A stretch of 63,882 nt of DNA, the filler included, from Polymyxa betae A26-41 (taxonomy: Eukaryota; Protista; Endomyxa: Phytomyxea), in the NCBI GenBank assembly GCA_003693705.1. It is 4 parts of 4 records of this genome, joined end to end, with 100 filler letters (N's around TTAATTAATTAA, not from the genome) between each part and the next. Parts side by side here need not be neighbours in the genome. Positions count along the whole stretch, not along the records: positions 1 to 23,394 come from RBZT01000526.1; 3 more parts are not named here. One strand, given 5' to 3'. Below are positions 1 to 13,349 of this stretch, one piece after another (position 1 is the first letter of the stretch; every line of letters starts with the position of its first letter). The notes below the pieces were generated by a model, which ran no database searches, was not told where the DNA came from, and saw only the letters and a list, made by a program, of their open reading frames with translations. Position numbers and translations under genes: made by a program.

Positions 1-976
1 CTTCTTCGTCGCTTAACCAACCGCCCCGTGATAGAATCGATCATGTTTCTGGTCCGGAGCGTGATTGGGGTTTCTGGGCCCGTCGGATCGGTCATCTGGT
101 TCATATTGGATTTTCATTATAGCATTAGAGCCTAATCATATCGATCCATTAATTGTTATGATATTTCATCCACTTATGTGGCCCATTTACGCCAATATTA
201 TTCATAACAATTTCTTTTAACTTCATCATCATCAACACTCCTAATATCGGCTGCCCAGCTGTACTTTATTCTTCAATTTAAGCTTGTGCGAACTTATCGT
301 TTCGCATTAGGTGCTTCTCGAGCTCATATTATGATTAATTAGTCATTTCATTTCAACAATACAAAATAGGTTTTGTCTATGAGCGTTTTGCTGTGAATTA
401 TTTGAGAGATGCATTTCTGTCGGGTTGTTGTTGATATTCCGAAATCTTCAGTCACGAGACTCGAGGCTGAATCACGACCTCACAAAGGTGTCAGTTAATC
501 CAGCACACTGTACTCGATTCGATACACTAAACAGGACTTTGTATCCGCAATTCGAAACTCTTGTTCAATATATCGAATGATCACGCCCAAAGTCTCGCTA
601 AGCATTCCCAAGTGTCAAAAGCCCCCAAAAACAAACACTTATCCACACAAAGTACTATCTCAGAGACATGCAAACCGATCCCATCCAACCAATGCCCATT
701 CTGCAGTCAGCTCATTCCAAAATCTCTAATTGATCTGGGGGCATGGCCAAACCCGTCGTTCGCCGAATGTTGGAGACTGAATTTGGCGGAATATCATTCA
801 ATAAGGGCCAATATACGGCTACGGGTTATATTGCCAATTGGTCCTGAGTCTATTGATGAAGATCGGTGACTGGCTCACTGTTCTTAATTCTATAAAATTC
901 ATACGAATCTGCCTTCTAACAGCTTCATATAAACGTTCGACACAGTCGTGCTCAAAAGACCACAAAGCTCTGTGTT

Positions 977-1557
977 ATGGCTGTTACGAAACCGTCTTCT
1001 CTGAAACAACGAAAATCTCCATATTGGTATAATGATGGCGATGTCATCTTAGATATTCAGCACCCGATGACTCCGAAGCCCCAAAACAGTTCCGCGTCCA
1101 TAAACTGATTCTGTCCCTTGTGTCCGAATTCTTTCATAATCTGTTCAAAGATGGAGCTATCTGGAAGGAGAATCACGACTATACAGCTGGTGGGGCCATT
1201 TTAGTGAAAATTGAAGATGAATACCCCAGCAGATTCCAAATCCTTCTTGATTTCGCATATCCATGCAGAGACAGGAAACCCGCCACTGAAATATTTCAAC
1301 AACTTGTGTATCTGGCTGATCGTTATATCTGCAAGGATTTAATGGCATTGATAACAGCAGCTGCTTCGAAAATGACGCCAAGTCATGAGCTACTGACATT
1401 CGCGTTCCAGCATCGATTAGATGTCAAAATGTGCTCGAAATTGATTATATGGGCGGTCGAGCAGAAGGAGATTCTCTGCAGTAAGAGGTGGTGGTTCAAT
1501 AACGCGCTCATTAATGGTGAAATAATGCGTTTTATAGTCTGGCCGAGCTGGATATAA
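977..1557 (+). CDS. BTB/POZ domain protein (one 1-nt frameshift near 1062)
   Basis: ATG at 977 gives MAVTKPSSLKQRKSPYWYNDGDVILDIQH. Adding one C to the ccc run gives PDDSEAPKQFRVHKLILSLVSEFFHNLF...FQILLDFAYP...LVYLADRY, the classic BTB motifs (DV.L; F.VHK.IL...S.FF..LF; ADxY). Confidence 0.8.
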
Positions 1558-2637
1558 AAACTCAGCTCTTTATAGCAAGAGTGGTAGCTATACGTCAATC
1601 ATTGAAGGCGCTCAACAAGTGCTCTTCTTGTGATCGTTGTATGAGAGTATCCTCATTTGCAATCCGGTAGAGAAAAGGATCTTCTGATGGAATGGGAGAA
1701 ACTGTGGCCATTCAAATTCGATCATATTCGCGATTAACCAGAAAGTCCAATAATATCTCTCAGTATAAAGTCGATAATCGAACTGGCGGCTGTCCTATTC
1801 TGTCTTGGAGGGAGTCTGCCTCGTACTCCATATTGGTAATAAAAAAAAACAGGAATTCGAAAATGTGGTCGCTTTAGAGCTGAGCCTTCCTCGTTGATAT
1901 CATCACTGATTGACATTGGGTTATGGGTTTTGGGGCAGTATCCTCGCCCTGACACCCCATATGAACAATATATGAGGCTGTCGCGTAAGGTTATAGCGGC
2001 GATATGTTGCAAATGTGAGCAATTAGATTGGAGCATAATAATATATTACATTATAATCGATTGTTCGCAGACCAAATTGTGGTGCCTCAATAGTGTTAAG
2101 GCAATCAGCCTGTTAAGAGGATTTGTGAATTTTGTTGCCAGTAAAAGTGACTCTATTTCTATTCCTATTGGAATGATTCCTTCCAAATGAGAGTATCTCT
2201 GGAGGTCATTACAGATAAGGTAATATTAACGGATGACGGAAATATCATCTCATTGAACTATTTCATCCATACCTGCATGAGATACAACCTGGAATTATGA
2301 TTCGGCACTGCTTAACATTCAATCAAGAAATCCTCCCATATAATATAGTCGTTAAGTCTTTAAAGGTCCAATTCAGAGTTTCAAGGGTCTGTGTTGCCCA
2401 ATACAACCCTAAAGGCCCCAAATTCCAAATATCTGAGATCCGATGAAGCTGATTCCCAACAATCTGGATAATCGTTGATTGCCAGATATCATCATACAAT
2501 CAAGCAGCGATGGTGACGCAGTTTCATCACTTTCACGTTCGTCATCAAGGTCGGGCGCGGCCCCTGTGACGGGCCCGGTACGACTGGCCATGACATCCGG
2601 TCTGGGGTTTTGGGTTTCCGGCTGACAATCGGTGGTG

Positions 2638-5600
2638 ATGGTGTCGCGGGGCGATGCCGACGGGGACCGTGGCGGCGTCCGAAACCAGGCTCTGGTCCAG
2701 GCTCTGTTCCAGACCGGTGTGGTCGTGAGCCGGTACAACCGCAATAACCCGACCATGGTGGCAGCTGGTCTGCTGGTCGAGCTGGCCCAGGTAATGGAGA
2801 TATGCTCGCAGATGTTCGTCTGTATGCCAACCTCTCTATCCCAGATGTTAGCATTGATTATGGGCGGAAGATTCATCTGGCAGCCCGATGCTGTCGCCGT
2901 ATTAAAGCCCATTCTCACATCCACGCTCATGACCTCGTTTCTGGCCGGTACGGTCGTTTGGCATGGCTATGTCCTCCAGAGATTTCCGCATTGTTTTCGA
3001 TTATATCAACTCTCTTTAGATCATGAAACCGATCATGTTTAGCGGTTTGCTTTTTCATTTATTCGATCTCGATTTGCGATTATGAAACATTACTTTGTGA
3101 CATCAAAATTGCGATTTCCTGATTTTTTTAAGGGTGGCGAACACCAACGATTATCAGCCTTGCCTGGTTCGCGAATTTGGCTTTATTAGTGTGGGTTACA
3201 CAGGTCCGCATACAGATCCAATGGGCTGTGAAAACCTTTCGAATGGGATCATCCGTCTTGACCTCGGTTCTGTTTATACCTCTTCTTCATGCATTTATAA
3301 CGGTATCAAGAGAACAGCCAACACCCACACATTTCTTGCCCAACGAATTTCTAAAAAAATTGAACATTTTATCAACCATTTTACCTTGCTGTATAATACA
3401 CTGCTTGCTGACTCCAGATCCGTCTATATAGGCGGCGGGTTCATGCACGGATTGCGGGTCGATCGCGACCATGTCAACCCGAATCGTGGGCGTGCTGGCT
3501 CTCGGCGTGCTCGTCGTAGTGACGGGACTCATGACGATCAGCAACTTCGAGGTCGCCATGGAGTCCACCGCCCCTTTAGCTCGACGTAAATCTGCATCTT
3601 TTTTTTGAAATTTCCCAACCTCGCTCGAAAACGTATCGTTGACAGCGGTTTCACTGATATCATATTACAGCACATTCTCGAGTGGAGCTGTTCTACGGCG
3701 TCATCTATCGCGTCATATTCGTGGCCATTGCGGATTTGGATTTCCCTGTGACCGCCTCTCTCTTCATACTCGGGATTCTATCAGCATTCACAGCCTTCTT
3801 ATTTATTCGTTATCTACCCTATTATCGGTATATCCCATTCCGACTTAAAGTCCTTACAATGACCCACACCGACCAGGCTCGAGTTCGTTTACCTACGGGC
3901 CAGTACGCTGGCGATCCTGACCTGGGCTGCCATCTGTCAGCTGATCGGAGTCTTTCAGGTCAACAAGGCATTTTTTGTTGAAATTTTTGCAACGTTTTGT
4001 AGTTCTCTTGTTCATGAATGTTTTTTTGGAGATCGTTGCTTAGTCCGGCTTTAGGATGCCCAGGAGTCCGTGGGTCCGATAGCGGCATTTGTATCCTGTG
4101 CTCCTATTGTTGTCCTTGTTGCTTATGTCCTGATCCGGACACGACGCGCGAAAATCTGTCAGCTTGCGCGAGAGTCGCTGCAGAACTGGTAACGTTGCTC
4201 CTCTGTTAACGATGATGCGCTGCGTCCCTAATAACGTTTCAGCTTCGAGGTGGAACTGCAGGCCCGGTTTCTGTTACAGGATATGGTACGGGAATCACAA
4301 CGGAAACAGGCCTTGGGTGAGCAACACGATTCCGAACAGATCGTGGCCCAGGTCCGGGGCCTGTACGACGACACCACCAGTGCCCGGTTCCGCGATAGTT
4401 CCATGTTCTATTGGTTTCGGGTGTGTTCCTGATACGGTCTTTTGACTAGTCTATGTTACTGATCTATGCTGCAGGCGAGATTTATGTTCGAGCTTGTCAA
4501 TAATATCTATCAGGTGCGTCTATGGCCGTCCCAAACTCTTAGAACCATCTCATCTGTAACGTAAGGGTTACAATGACCTCCAGCGTGCGGACTTATTAGG
4601 ACCTCCTCCGGATTTGCAATTTCTCATTTATCGCCAACGAACACTCTCTATGGATCTACTCACTGCCAATGTGAATTGCTGTCTCAAATGCTTACGTTAC
4701 TCGCGCTTCCTGATTTACGTTACGCTCGCTTGAATCCGTCCTTTCATGTTACATTCGATTCTTTTCCCGCCCCTGTTTTCATGACAGTTTAGCTAATTAT
4801 GTCATTGTGTCACGGACACATTTCGGACCTAAACTTCGGACTTATTGTTTGACTTAGACGGGAATCCGTGATATAATTGCATATATATTCGGAGAGGTAC
4901 ATTCAGCTAAGGCTATCTCATTTGATCAACATGCTGTTAATCTACGCATGGGGTGAGGTTACATAAACTCCGCTAAACGCTCTCACGGACTCCAGGCTTT
5001 GGTCCGAACTCTGCAAAGCCGTCCCCGATCTGGATGCAGTACCGAATCTATCTCTGGCACTAAGGTCCGCCACGGCATCTGCAACCTTCCACTATGAGAC
5101 CGCTATCAAATTGAAGCGAACCGATCCGGTATTGTTTTTGTTCACGAACGATATTATGCAGCTCTTTATTGGAACTTTTGTCTGAACTCACTATATAGTT
5201 TGTCCTATCACGTTATCTGCAATTCGTTCTGGATACAGAAGGTGAAGGGAGTGCCACCATTAGTGTACTACGTGGACGTCTTCAGGAACTACAGAGAGCC
5301 CGCAATGATAACGATACTAAAGTACATGATAATGTTACATTTCTCCATTTCTTGTTTTTACTCTCCGACTTCAACCTCCATACTTTGATTGACTTTTTCT
5401 GGTTTTGTGTTGCAACAGGCTTTGCCTGATAGTTATTTATACAGATCAGGAGCTCCTGATACCTATTTCGGAACCGTTCCGCCTTTGTTTTTAATTATTT
5501 GGAATTTTTTCAGACTGATCTCGTGTTACTGTTTCCTCTATTCCATATCTTCTGTGTAACGTGTACTAACTGTGGTGCTGTGTCTGTACAGAAGCTTGAT

Positions 5601-8600
5601 TCGACATTAGCAAGTCAGATATCAGCTAATCGTATTAAACACGCATTAACATCAGATGAGAATGCAATTGTAGTGGTGTCCATAAGTGATGATAAACTCG
5701 GTAAGTCCGTCACGGAGTCCGACACATGAGCTCATTTTCAAGCTTTATGTCTACATCGTTGCACTTTACCTCATTTTACTTATAATGTCAACATCATGAT
5801 ACTTTGTTGAACAAACCCTAAACCCTAAACCCATCATAGGTCTCATCGAGCGCGTTAATCTCAAATTCAAGTCCGTGTTCGGATTTACTGACTCCGACGC
5901 AATCATCGGACGTCCAATTGACATCATCATTCCGGAGCCATTCGCCTCCTCTCACGATCGTAAGTCCGCATTCGGTGTGTCGGGTCGTACTGCTCCTTGC
6001 TGACATCTCTCTGTGCAGAAACCATCCGCGATCGGCTCGGGTCAAATACGCACACGTTACTGCAAAAGTCCGAACGTGTCCTGGTCGCACGGCATCGCTC
6101 CGGGGCAATATTTCGAGTCGGGTGCACCACGGGCTCCGTGTCGGACGTGTAACATTTTCTGCTACAGATCTCGATCTTGCTTCGGATGTTCACGGAGTTA
6201 GGCGCTCGACTCTCCATTATCGCTATCATAACTCCGCTACGGACTCCGGAGGGTGAACTCGAAGACCTTCCCCTGGCCCTAGTCCGCCAATCAGACGGAC
6301 ATCTATTCGGGGCGAGTACGGGGTTTACGGCTCTGTTCGGAGTGCGTCATTTGACTGCTCTTAACGTTAGTCGATGGGCTGCACCCAATTACGTATTGTG
6401 TAATATTCGGCTCCAGATTGTGAATTATATCCCGGAGTATTATGTACTTAGGGAACAGATGCGTAAACCTGACGGGTAACGTGTTTCGGACTTTTGCTTC
6501 TTTTTTACTGTTTTCATTTCGCACATTTGGTCTCATGCTCTTGGTTGTGGTTGATTACTGAACGTAATACTCCGTAAGGGGATATCTGACCTATATATTT
6601 AGGTCCGTGATTCAATTATCGGGGTCCGAATATCGTCTTACTATAGATTCCCGTATCGACTATGGTCGAGGAGCCGATCTCATTGTTATTGAGCCCGTTA
6701 CTGCCATGAATCATGATGCGGTTATACTGGACCCCGGATCTTCAATCTTTGTTCTGATTGCGGACTGCATAGACTGCGACCTCCTTCTTCGCCACAAATG
6801 CGGCATTTCGTGATCTGTTCTATGCAAAATCTGATAGATCCGAATCTGTCTTTGTAAGTCCGTGACGGTCGAATGTACGTAGCTTCTCTTAACACCAATA
6901 CAGAGTCGGAAGACATCCTCGTCAGATGATTCCAACCAAGACAATGCGGAGTCCGTCCCGGTCCCTGTAGCGGTGCCGATGGCTCCGATCCATACGGTAT
7001 CCGCCACGGACTCCGACGAATCCCGCACCATGTTCCTGGCCAATCTAGACGCTATCCGCAGACGGGTTGCTGAAACCACGGACTCCGTCACGCACTCGTC
7101 CAATATGTTTTTTAGGAACTCGGACGACGTCCGCCTGTTGGTCTACTCCTAATCCGACAGTGGTCGGCCAGTTTCGCCATCTTCGTCGTCGTACTGGTCC
7201 TGGTCCTGGTCGCGTACATCAACGCCGCCGTACTGGATCAGTTCGTGCAGCGGACTGCGCGTATTGCCGAATCCGGCACCAAACAGCTCGCTATGGTCAC
7301 TTTGACACGGGCCGTACACGACCTCGAAACACAACGGCTCGGCATCGTCCCGTAAGTATTGGCGCAATTTTCTCAGTTGTTTTCCTGGAAAGTTTTTTTC
7401 GTGATTTTCTCAGTTCGTCGTTTTCAATTGATTGCGTAATAACATTTTGTGTCTGTTGTTATGATTGTCGCCCTGATTATGGATATTTAGTCAGGACGAT
7501 ATAGCCTGGGATGAATTACGCACCAGTGCTGAGACCGTACTGGACATCGACACATCCATCGCCTACTATGCGTTCCATTCGTCATCACAATACGGGCAAG
7601 TCGTCAATCGGTCTGAATGCCGTCCACGGCACTGATCAATCTCCAGAGCCATGTTCGGAGCCGATCTCAACGTGTCCGAATCGATCGGGAACCAGTACGT
7701 TGCCGTTCAGCGCAACCTGCTCGATATCGATCTGCTGACCGTATCACGAGCTCGTCGTATCGATTCTATGGGCAATCTGTCACGGAGTTCCATTGACATC
7801 AATGAAGTGCGTTTGAGGATATTCACTTTTCTGTTTGAAAAAGATTCATTTTGTGGAAAAATGTTTTTTCGGAAATTGCGCATGTTTTCTTTCAGGATTT
7901 GTTGCATTTCATGCGGAGTTTGCTGATGAGATGGTGATGCCGTACAGATCCTTCGGTCATCATTCGGGGATGTGTCGGCTCGTCTTCACGACACGATTGT
8001 ATTATACCGTACGGATGCCGCAGATCAGGTTGGTGAAATTCTCGGTGTAGCCCGTGGGGTCTGTATGTCTATTGCATTTATCACGTTACTCGTCTGTGCC
8101 GCTGTTATACGTCCTGCTGTTGCTGAAATCGAATCGCTACGCAACCGTATCGCCACACAATTCTTCAAAGTAACATTTCACACTCTCGATCATTTACTCT
8201 CATTGCATTATTATCCGTTCTTGTCCGGTTTTGTGACTTTTTTCACTTGCATTCTCCTTCTCTTTTTTAACCTGTTTACTGATCAAATTCTGTTGACCCT
8301 AAACCCTTAGATCCCACTCCGAGAGATCAAAGCTTCATTGTTGAAGGCCGCCATCCGCGCCGAGGATCTCCGTCATACTGAGTCAGGACCAGTCGCCGAC
8401 CGGTCACGTTTAAAGTCCATGTCGGTGGTCGCGGACTTCAAACATCATGGTATTGTGGTTTAGGGTTTTAGGGTTTCCTCCCGCTGACTCGTCTTGCTCA
8501 GGAGATCGCCTCGATTCCGATCTGCAATCATTACTGCAGGCGGCACGACGACGCCGTGCGCAGAATGTGGTGAAATTCGCCTCCCGTCTCGCAGCTCCGT

Positions 8601-9869
8601 ACGCCGTCGTACTGGTCCTGATCGCGACCCTCTGGTATTCGATGTATAGTCCGTTCACTTCTGCTTTGATTACTGCGCCTGCAAATCTACAATTAAGTAC
8701 AGATCGGTGAGTGTCGTTTACGTTACAGATTTAGGGTTAGGGTTTGATAGCGTGCTGAGCGCAGGACGTACACGGCACGATATACGCTGCTGATGTTACG
8801 TGTACTGGCGACGCCGGGTGCCACGTCTCTGACGGTTAGTCCGGATCAGGTACGGCGGGTTGTAGGGCTCACGGACTTCGTGTCTGACTTTGCAGGTCAG
8901 GTCCAGGCCGGTATTGATCAGTTTCTATCTCTACATAATGTTCTCACATATGGATCCAGTTCTCTTTCTGTTACAGGTAACATTACTCAGTCGCTTGTCC
9001 CAGCACGTCTGGTATTTTTCCTCATTTTCATTGGATGTGCAAATTTTCGGCTAAAGGTTCTCTTTTTGTCTGTTGCAACGTAATTGTAACGTAAATATAA
9101 CGTTGTGCTTTATCACGTTCAGGAACGGTGTATGTCCAGTCTAATCAGGATTCACTTCTGTATGAGAGCGTTTGTATGGACACTGGGGCCTCTGGCTGTG
9201 CTACATTCGCCAATGGTAGGAGGCTGCGCCGTCGGGGTCCAGTTGACTGAAGATGTCCGTAAAGGGATTCTGAAGTCCGGACTACACACAGCTGTATTTG
9301 AATATGCGGATCTATGTCGTATTGCGTTACATAAGATCACAACATTATGTGACAAGAAATCTGGTAACTGTACTCGGACTGATGTTCAGGTATACCGGAC
9401 TCCGTACGGTCTCATCGTACTGACTACCAAAATACAGAGCCAGCTCCTGAACATACCAGAACTCCGTCAACTGGATGAATTCGATCGTCTCTATCTATTC
9501 CCGGCATTGAGGCAATCTGAGGCCGATTTTAATGCGTAACTCCCTGCTCGGACTCCGCAACTCCGCCTCTTAATTGCTGCAGGACCATGTCTGCTGCGCA
9601 GCTATCACTGTTACGTCAGAACGTCATCCTGATCATTGCAGGTCAGCGACGTGGTCGTACTGGCCCCCGTGTCCGCGCATCTGACCTATGTACTCAATCT
9701 AGGGTTTGCGGCATTGACTGGGTTCGTGTACTGGCGTCTGTACCGGCCCACTTTGGATCGGGTTCTACAACATGGATTACAAGTCCGGGCCATGCTCTCC
9801 GTCGTACCGGACCAGATCCGATTACCGGGCCTGGAACAGATTGTCAACGACTATGTCCGCAAATTGTAG
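2638..9869 (+). CDS. Multi-exon TmcB/TmcC (tiny macrocysts)-like polytopic membrane protein with PAS domain
   Basis: Many GT-AG introns. N-terminal TM exons (ELFYGVIYRVIF...FIRYLPYYR|LEFVYLRASTLAILTWAAICQLIG, VELQARFLL). PAS exon at about 5840-5960 (GLIERVNLKFKSVFGFTDSDAIIGRPIDIIIPEPFASSHD). C-terminal TM plus RAMLSVVP tail ending TAG at 9869. Exon boundaries are not all resolved. Confidence 0.75.
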
Positions 9870-10029
9870 CTGCTGCCGTGTAACACTTGATCTGGATCCG
9901 CGGACCGCATCCAAAGTCCGGTAGAAATAATACCCGGACTGAACCGGCTGTTATGGCTGTAGCCACTGTACGCTGTTAATTGCACATTCAATTTCACCAC
10001 AAAAATAGTCCATCTTGTATTAGAATATA

Positions 10030-11310
10030 TTCCGAATTAGTTCCGGTTCAATATTCTCCAAACTGAAAAGATCTCTTTGAAACTCCTGAATCACTTTGAT
10101 CAATACCATATTGGAATACACCGAACCCAATTCCGACCTCGAAAGCCGGATGGGAGCGTCTCCGGATGCGACCGGATCGATCTGTAATCATACTTTGAGT
10201 ATTGGCTTCCTCATTCAATAGGTTGCAGCCAGAGAAGCTCGATGTGGATAACGAGATCTTCAAATTTGTTACATTTCAGCAGTTGATGTTCTATAGTTTC
10301 ACTCTTTTTATGGCAGTGTCGGCATTGATATCTTAAATAACTCGAGTATGTACTGTTCTTACTCATTTTAATAAAGGGCTATCGAAGTAGATCTCTTAGT
10401 CTGTATTACCATCTCTACTCTGTGCTCCAGAATAACCGTCTATTAGAGGAGTTCGTTTTGGGCAGTTTGCTAATCCACTTGGTTTTACCTTTTTCAATAA
10501 ATATATATTTAGTGTTTGTCTTTCTAACTGTTTATACATTAATCTACATGACGAAACTAATGTGCAGTAAGTTATCTGAAGAAATTCATGGGTCGTGTTC
10601 AATCAATTCTCCATCTATTGCAGCCTGCTTGGCTAGATCGTCTATTAATCACTTTCTGCAATCTGTTGTGTGTGACTGGGAATGAAAGGTAGTTCGACTT
10701 CGTTTTCTTCGCTAAGTTCAGCTAGCTTTTCGGCAACATCATTCACGACAGCGTTGACGAATTTGTATTTGTACGGAAGGCATGCCAGTTGCTGCAAACA
10801 AGATATTGAATTATATCTATTTTCTGGATACAGATCCAATAGTGAGGTAATGCCAGATTGTAATGCGATGATTTCTGCTTCATAGCTTGATGTCACATGT
10901 TCTATCTGTATTGAGGTGTGGATATCAAGTTCAAATATTGTACTGTGTGGATCTGGGTCCGAGATGCAGCTCCACTGGTTATGTACTCTGTCTCTGTTGA
11001 TAACTGCCGTCTGTCCAAGTGATATATCAGGATTTGTGGGTATTAAATGGGCGTTCTCGTGTTTCTCTAACGCTTCTGCTCGGGAGCTCATGTGAAATTT
11101 ACATTTTGCAAGTTGTTCTAGTATATCAGAGAGTGGATATGAGCGCTATATCTCTTTGCTGCAACTTTTACAGCTTTTCTGACAAGTCCAAAAGGAATCC
11201 ATCCATCTGCTGTACATCCTTGTTCGTCCCATTCTCTATAGTCGTCTCCTAATGAATTGTCCTGAGCTTCTGCCTTAAGAGCTGTTAGTGCCCAATCTGT
11301 AATGAGTTTA
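10030..11310 (-). mobile_element. Degenerate non-LTR retrotransposon 3' part (RNase H + C-terminal CCHC)
   Basis: SSYEAEIIAL...SISCL...VELPFIPSH matches non-LTR RNase H. CRHCHKKSETIEHQLLKC zinc motif at about 10270-10325. Multiple stops and deletions. Confidence 0.7.
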
Positions 11311-12020
11311 GCTTTCAAAGAAGGGAATTTTGAAGTTGCATGTTGAGAAGTGGTACGGATCGGAACTGCCTCCGGAGCGGGCTGGGCCTCAGCCTGAGCC
11401 ACGGAAAGTGTTTGTTGATAGACATTTTAATTCCAATTTGTTTAGTGAGTTTCATTTGGATCGCGTGTATCAGTTTGTGTTGGGCGATGTAAAATCGCAA
11501 ATGGTCGGGTTGTATAAGCATTTCGTCTGACGACGAATGTACTTCGCAGGAGGTCGCATTTTTGGGTTGCATGTTTATTTGAATCCATAGTCGGTGTAAT
11601 TGCACAAACCAGAGAGAATGGGCCCAAGTTGGAAACAGTGTCCGTCTTGCCCAATCCTCGGTCAAAGTGTTCATCCTGGTCTAGGCATAGCCCATGACCT
11701 TGGAGCCGTCGGTGTCATGGAGGGGGCCCCCAAACCTGCTCGACCGACATCGACGGGGATGATGGTGAGAGGGATGCTCTCAGCTGGCTTTGATCGGCCA
11801 GCACCCGAAGTGCCTGTGAGTCTACGCCTACCTAAGGGACAACCGCCGCCGACGACTCCCTCCTCGAACACGGCCCCTTATTACAACCACGCACTTTCTC
11901 AAATCAACAATCAACATGCGGAGAGTGTATGAACAATCCATGTCATACTGTACATATTCCCGAACCGGAACCCGGACCTTACTCGATCCAGCACGTCTCT
12001 CATAGCTATTGTCGTGATAT

Positions 12021-13349
12021 CATGAGGGTGGTCCTAATTGTAACGCTGATTCTGGTGGCGGTGTCGGCCACGGACCTCGAGCATGACGGGGTCACTCGGA
12101 GAGCGGCCCGGACCCAAACCGTGCCCGCTTCAATCCTAACGGGATCCTCGAGGTCTCCTCTCCTAACGAGATTCTGGAAGCAGTGTTCTGTCATGCCCGG
12201 CCGGACCCGTTCCTAATGGGAAGGCTCGCGCTGGTCGACAAGGCACATTTCGGAATGGTCCGGGACCTCCTTCGTCTGAGCCGGATCGTTATTCAGCTAC
12301 CGACCTCCAGAGACAATTTCATCCGTGATATCAAATGGCTGATCAATATATGCAGAGATCAGTGTAATGTGGCTGTACTGAGAGATCTCTTAACAGAAGA
12401 GACGGCGCCTCTGTTCATGTATAGGCTCCTGTCTATAGTTAAACATAATCCTGATGTGATCTCCGACCTATTCGACCTGATCGGGCAAATCGAATCTGTT
12501 GCCGAACTGACGCCCGGCTGGGCCGACATCGTCGGCCCCAACTTCGACATGTGTTTGGATGACAACCCCATAAAGCTGATGTGTCTCCAAGTGTTGAGCA
12601 AGATTCCGGTCGAGTCCGTCTACCGCTCTATTAGCGAGATTCCGTCCGATATTATCAATTGTGTCCAGCAGTATGAGGCCCTGAGTTTAACTGACCTTTT
12701 TTCCCATGCGGGAACGACTTCCATACCCGTTCGGAAAGATCAGAAAATATACGTTATTCGATATCTCTGAATCCATTCAAAGTAATCATTAGCGCCATAT
12801 CCGATTTCGGCCCTCGCTGGTCCGCAAACTGTTTTTTCTGGGGACGCCCATGTTTCTAGGCTCTCCCAGCGCAGAATCAAGGAATTCACGGTCTCCGACC
12901 TGCACGCCCTTCTGCCGTTCGTCGCCCGCGATGTCCCGAAACACTCTGCGGAAATATCGATATTTGATCGCATCGGGGCGCTCCGATCCCATCTCCGTCA
13001 TAATCAGATCGGAGGCGTTCTTATCTCCGCCGCTCTGCGAATTCGTTCGACATTCCAGCTTTCTAATTCGAATTGCTCGCTCCCTGATCGAGGCCGAGGG
13101 CCAGCATGACTTGGTACGCATGCTGCTGAAAGCGCCGCTGCCGGACGGCTGGGCTGACATGGACGAGTCGTGGCTCCCGCTTCTACACCATGCAGTACAG
13201 ACTGGTAATGTAGAAGCTGTTCGTGTACTGTTGAATGCCCGGACTTGATTAAGACCTACAAGCTCGATATCCACGGTCGTACTGCTCGGTCTTATACTGA
13301 CCCAGGTTCTGAGATTGATACATTGTTTAACGACGTTACTGTAATGTAA
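12021..13349 (+). CDS. Secreted protein with C-terminal ankyrin repeat (candidate effector)
   Basis: Signal peptide MRVVLIVTLILVAVSA. Helical middle region. Ankyrin motif PLLHHAVQTGNVEAVRVLL...LDIHGRTA. Two frameshifts are both repairable by adding one base to a G run. Confidence 0.7.

Noticed and set aside
2409-2930. Long antisense ORFs here and opposite other genes
   Set aside because: Shadow ORFs of GC-rich coding exons with no protein-like motifs.
3828-3876. Possible U12 AT-AC intron (ATATCC...TCCTTAC...AC)
   Set aside because: A GT-AG intron at the same place restores the reading frame YYR-LEFVYLR.
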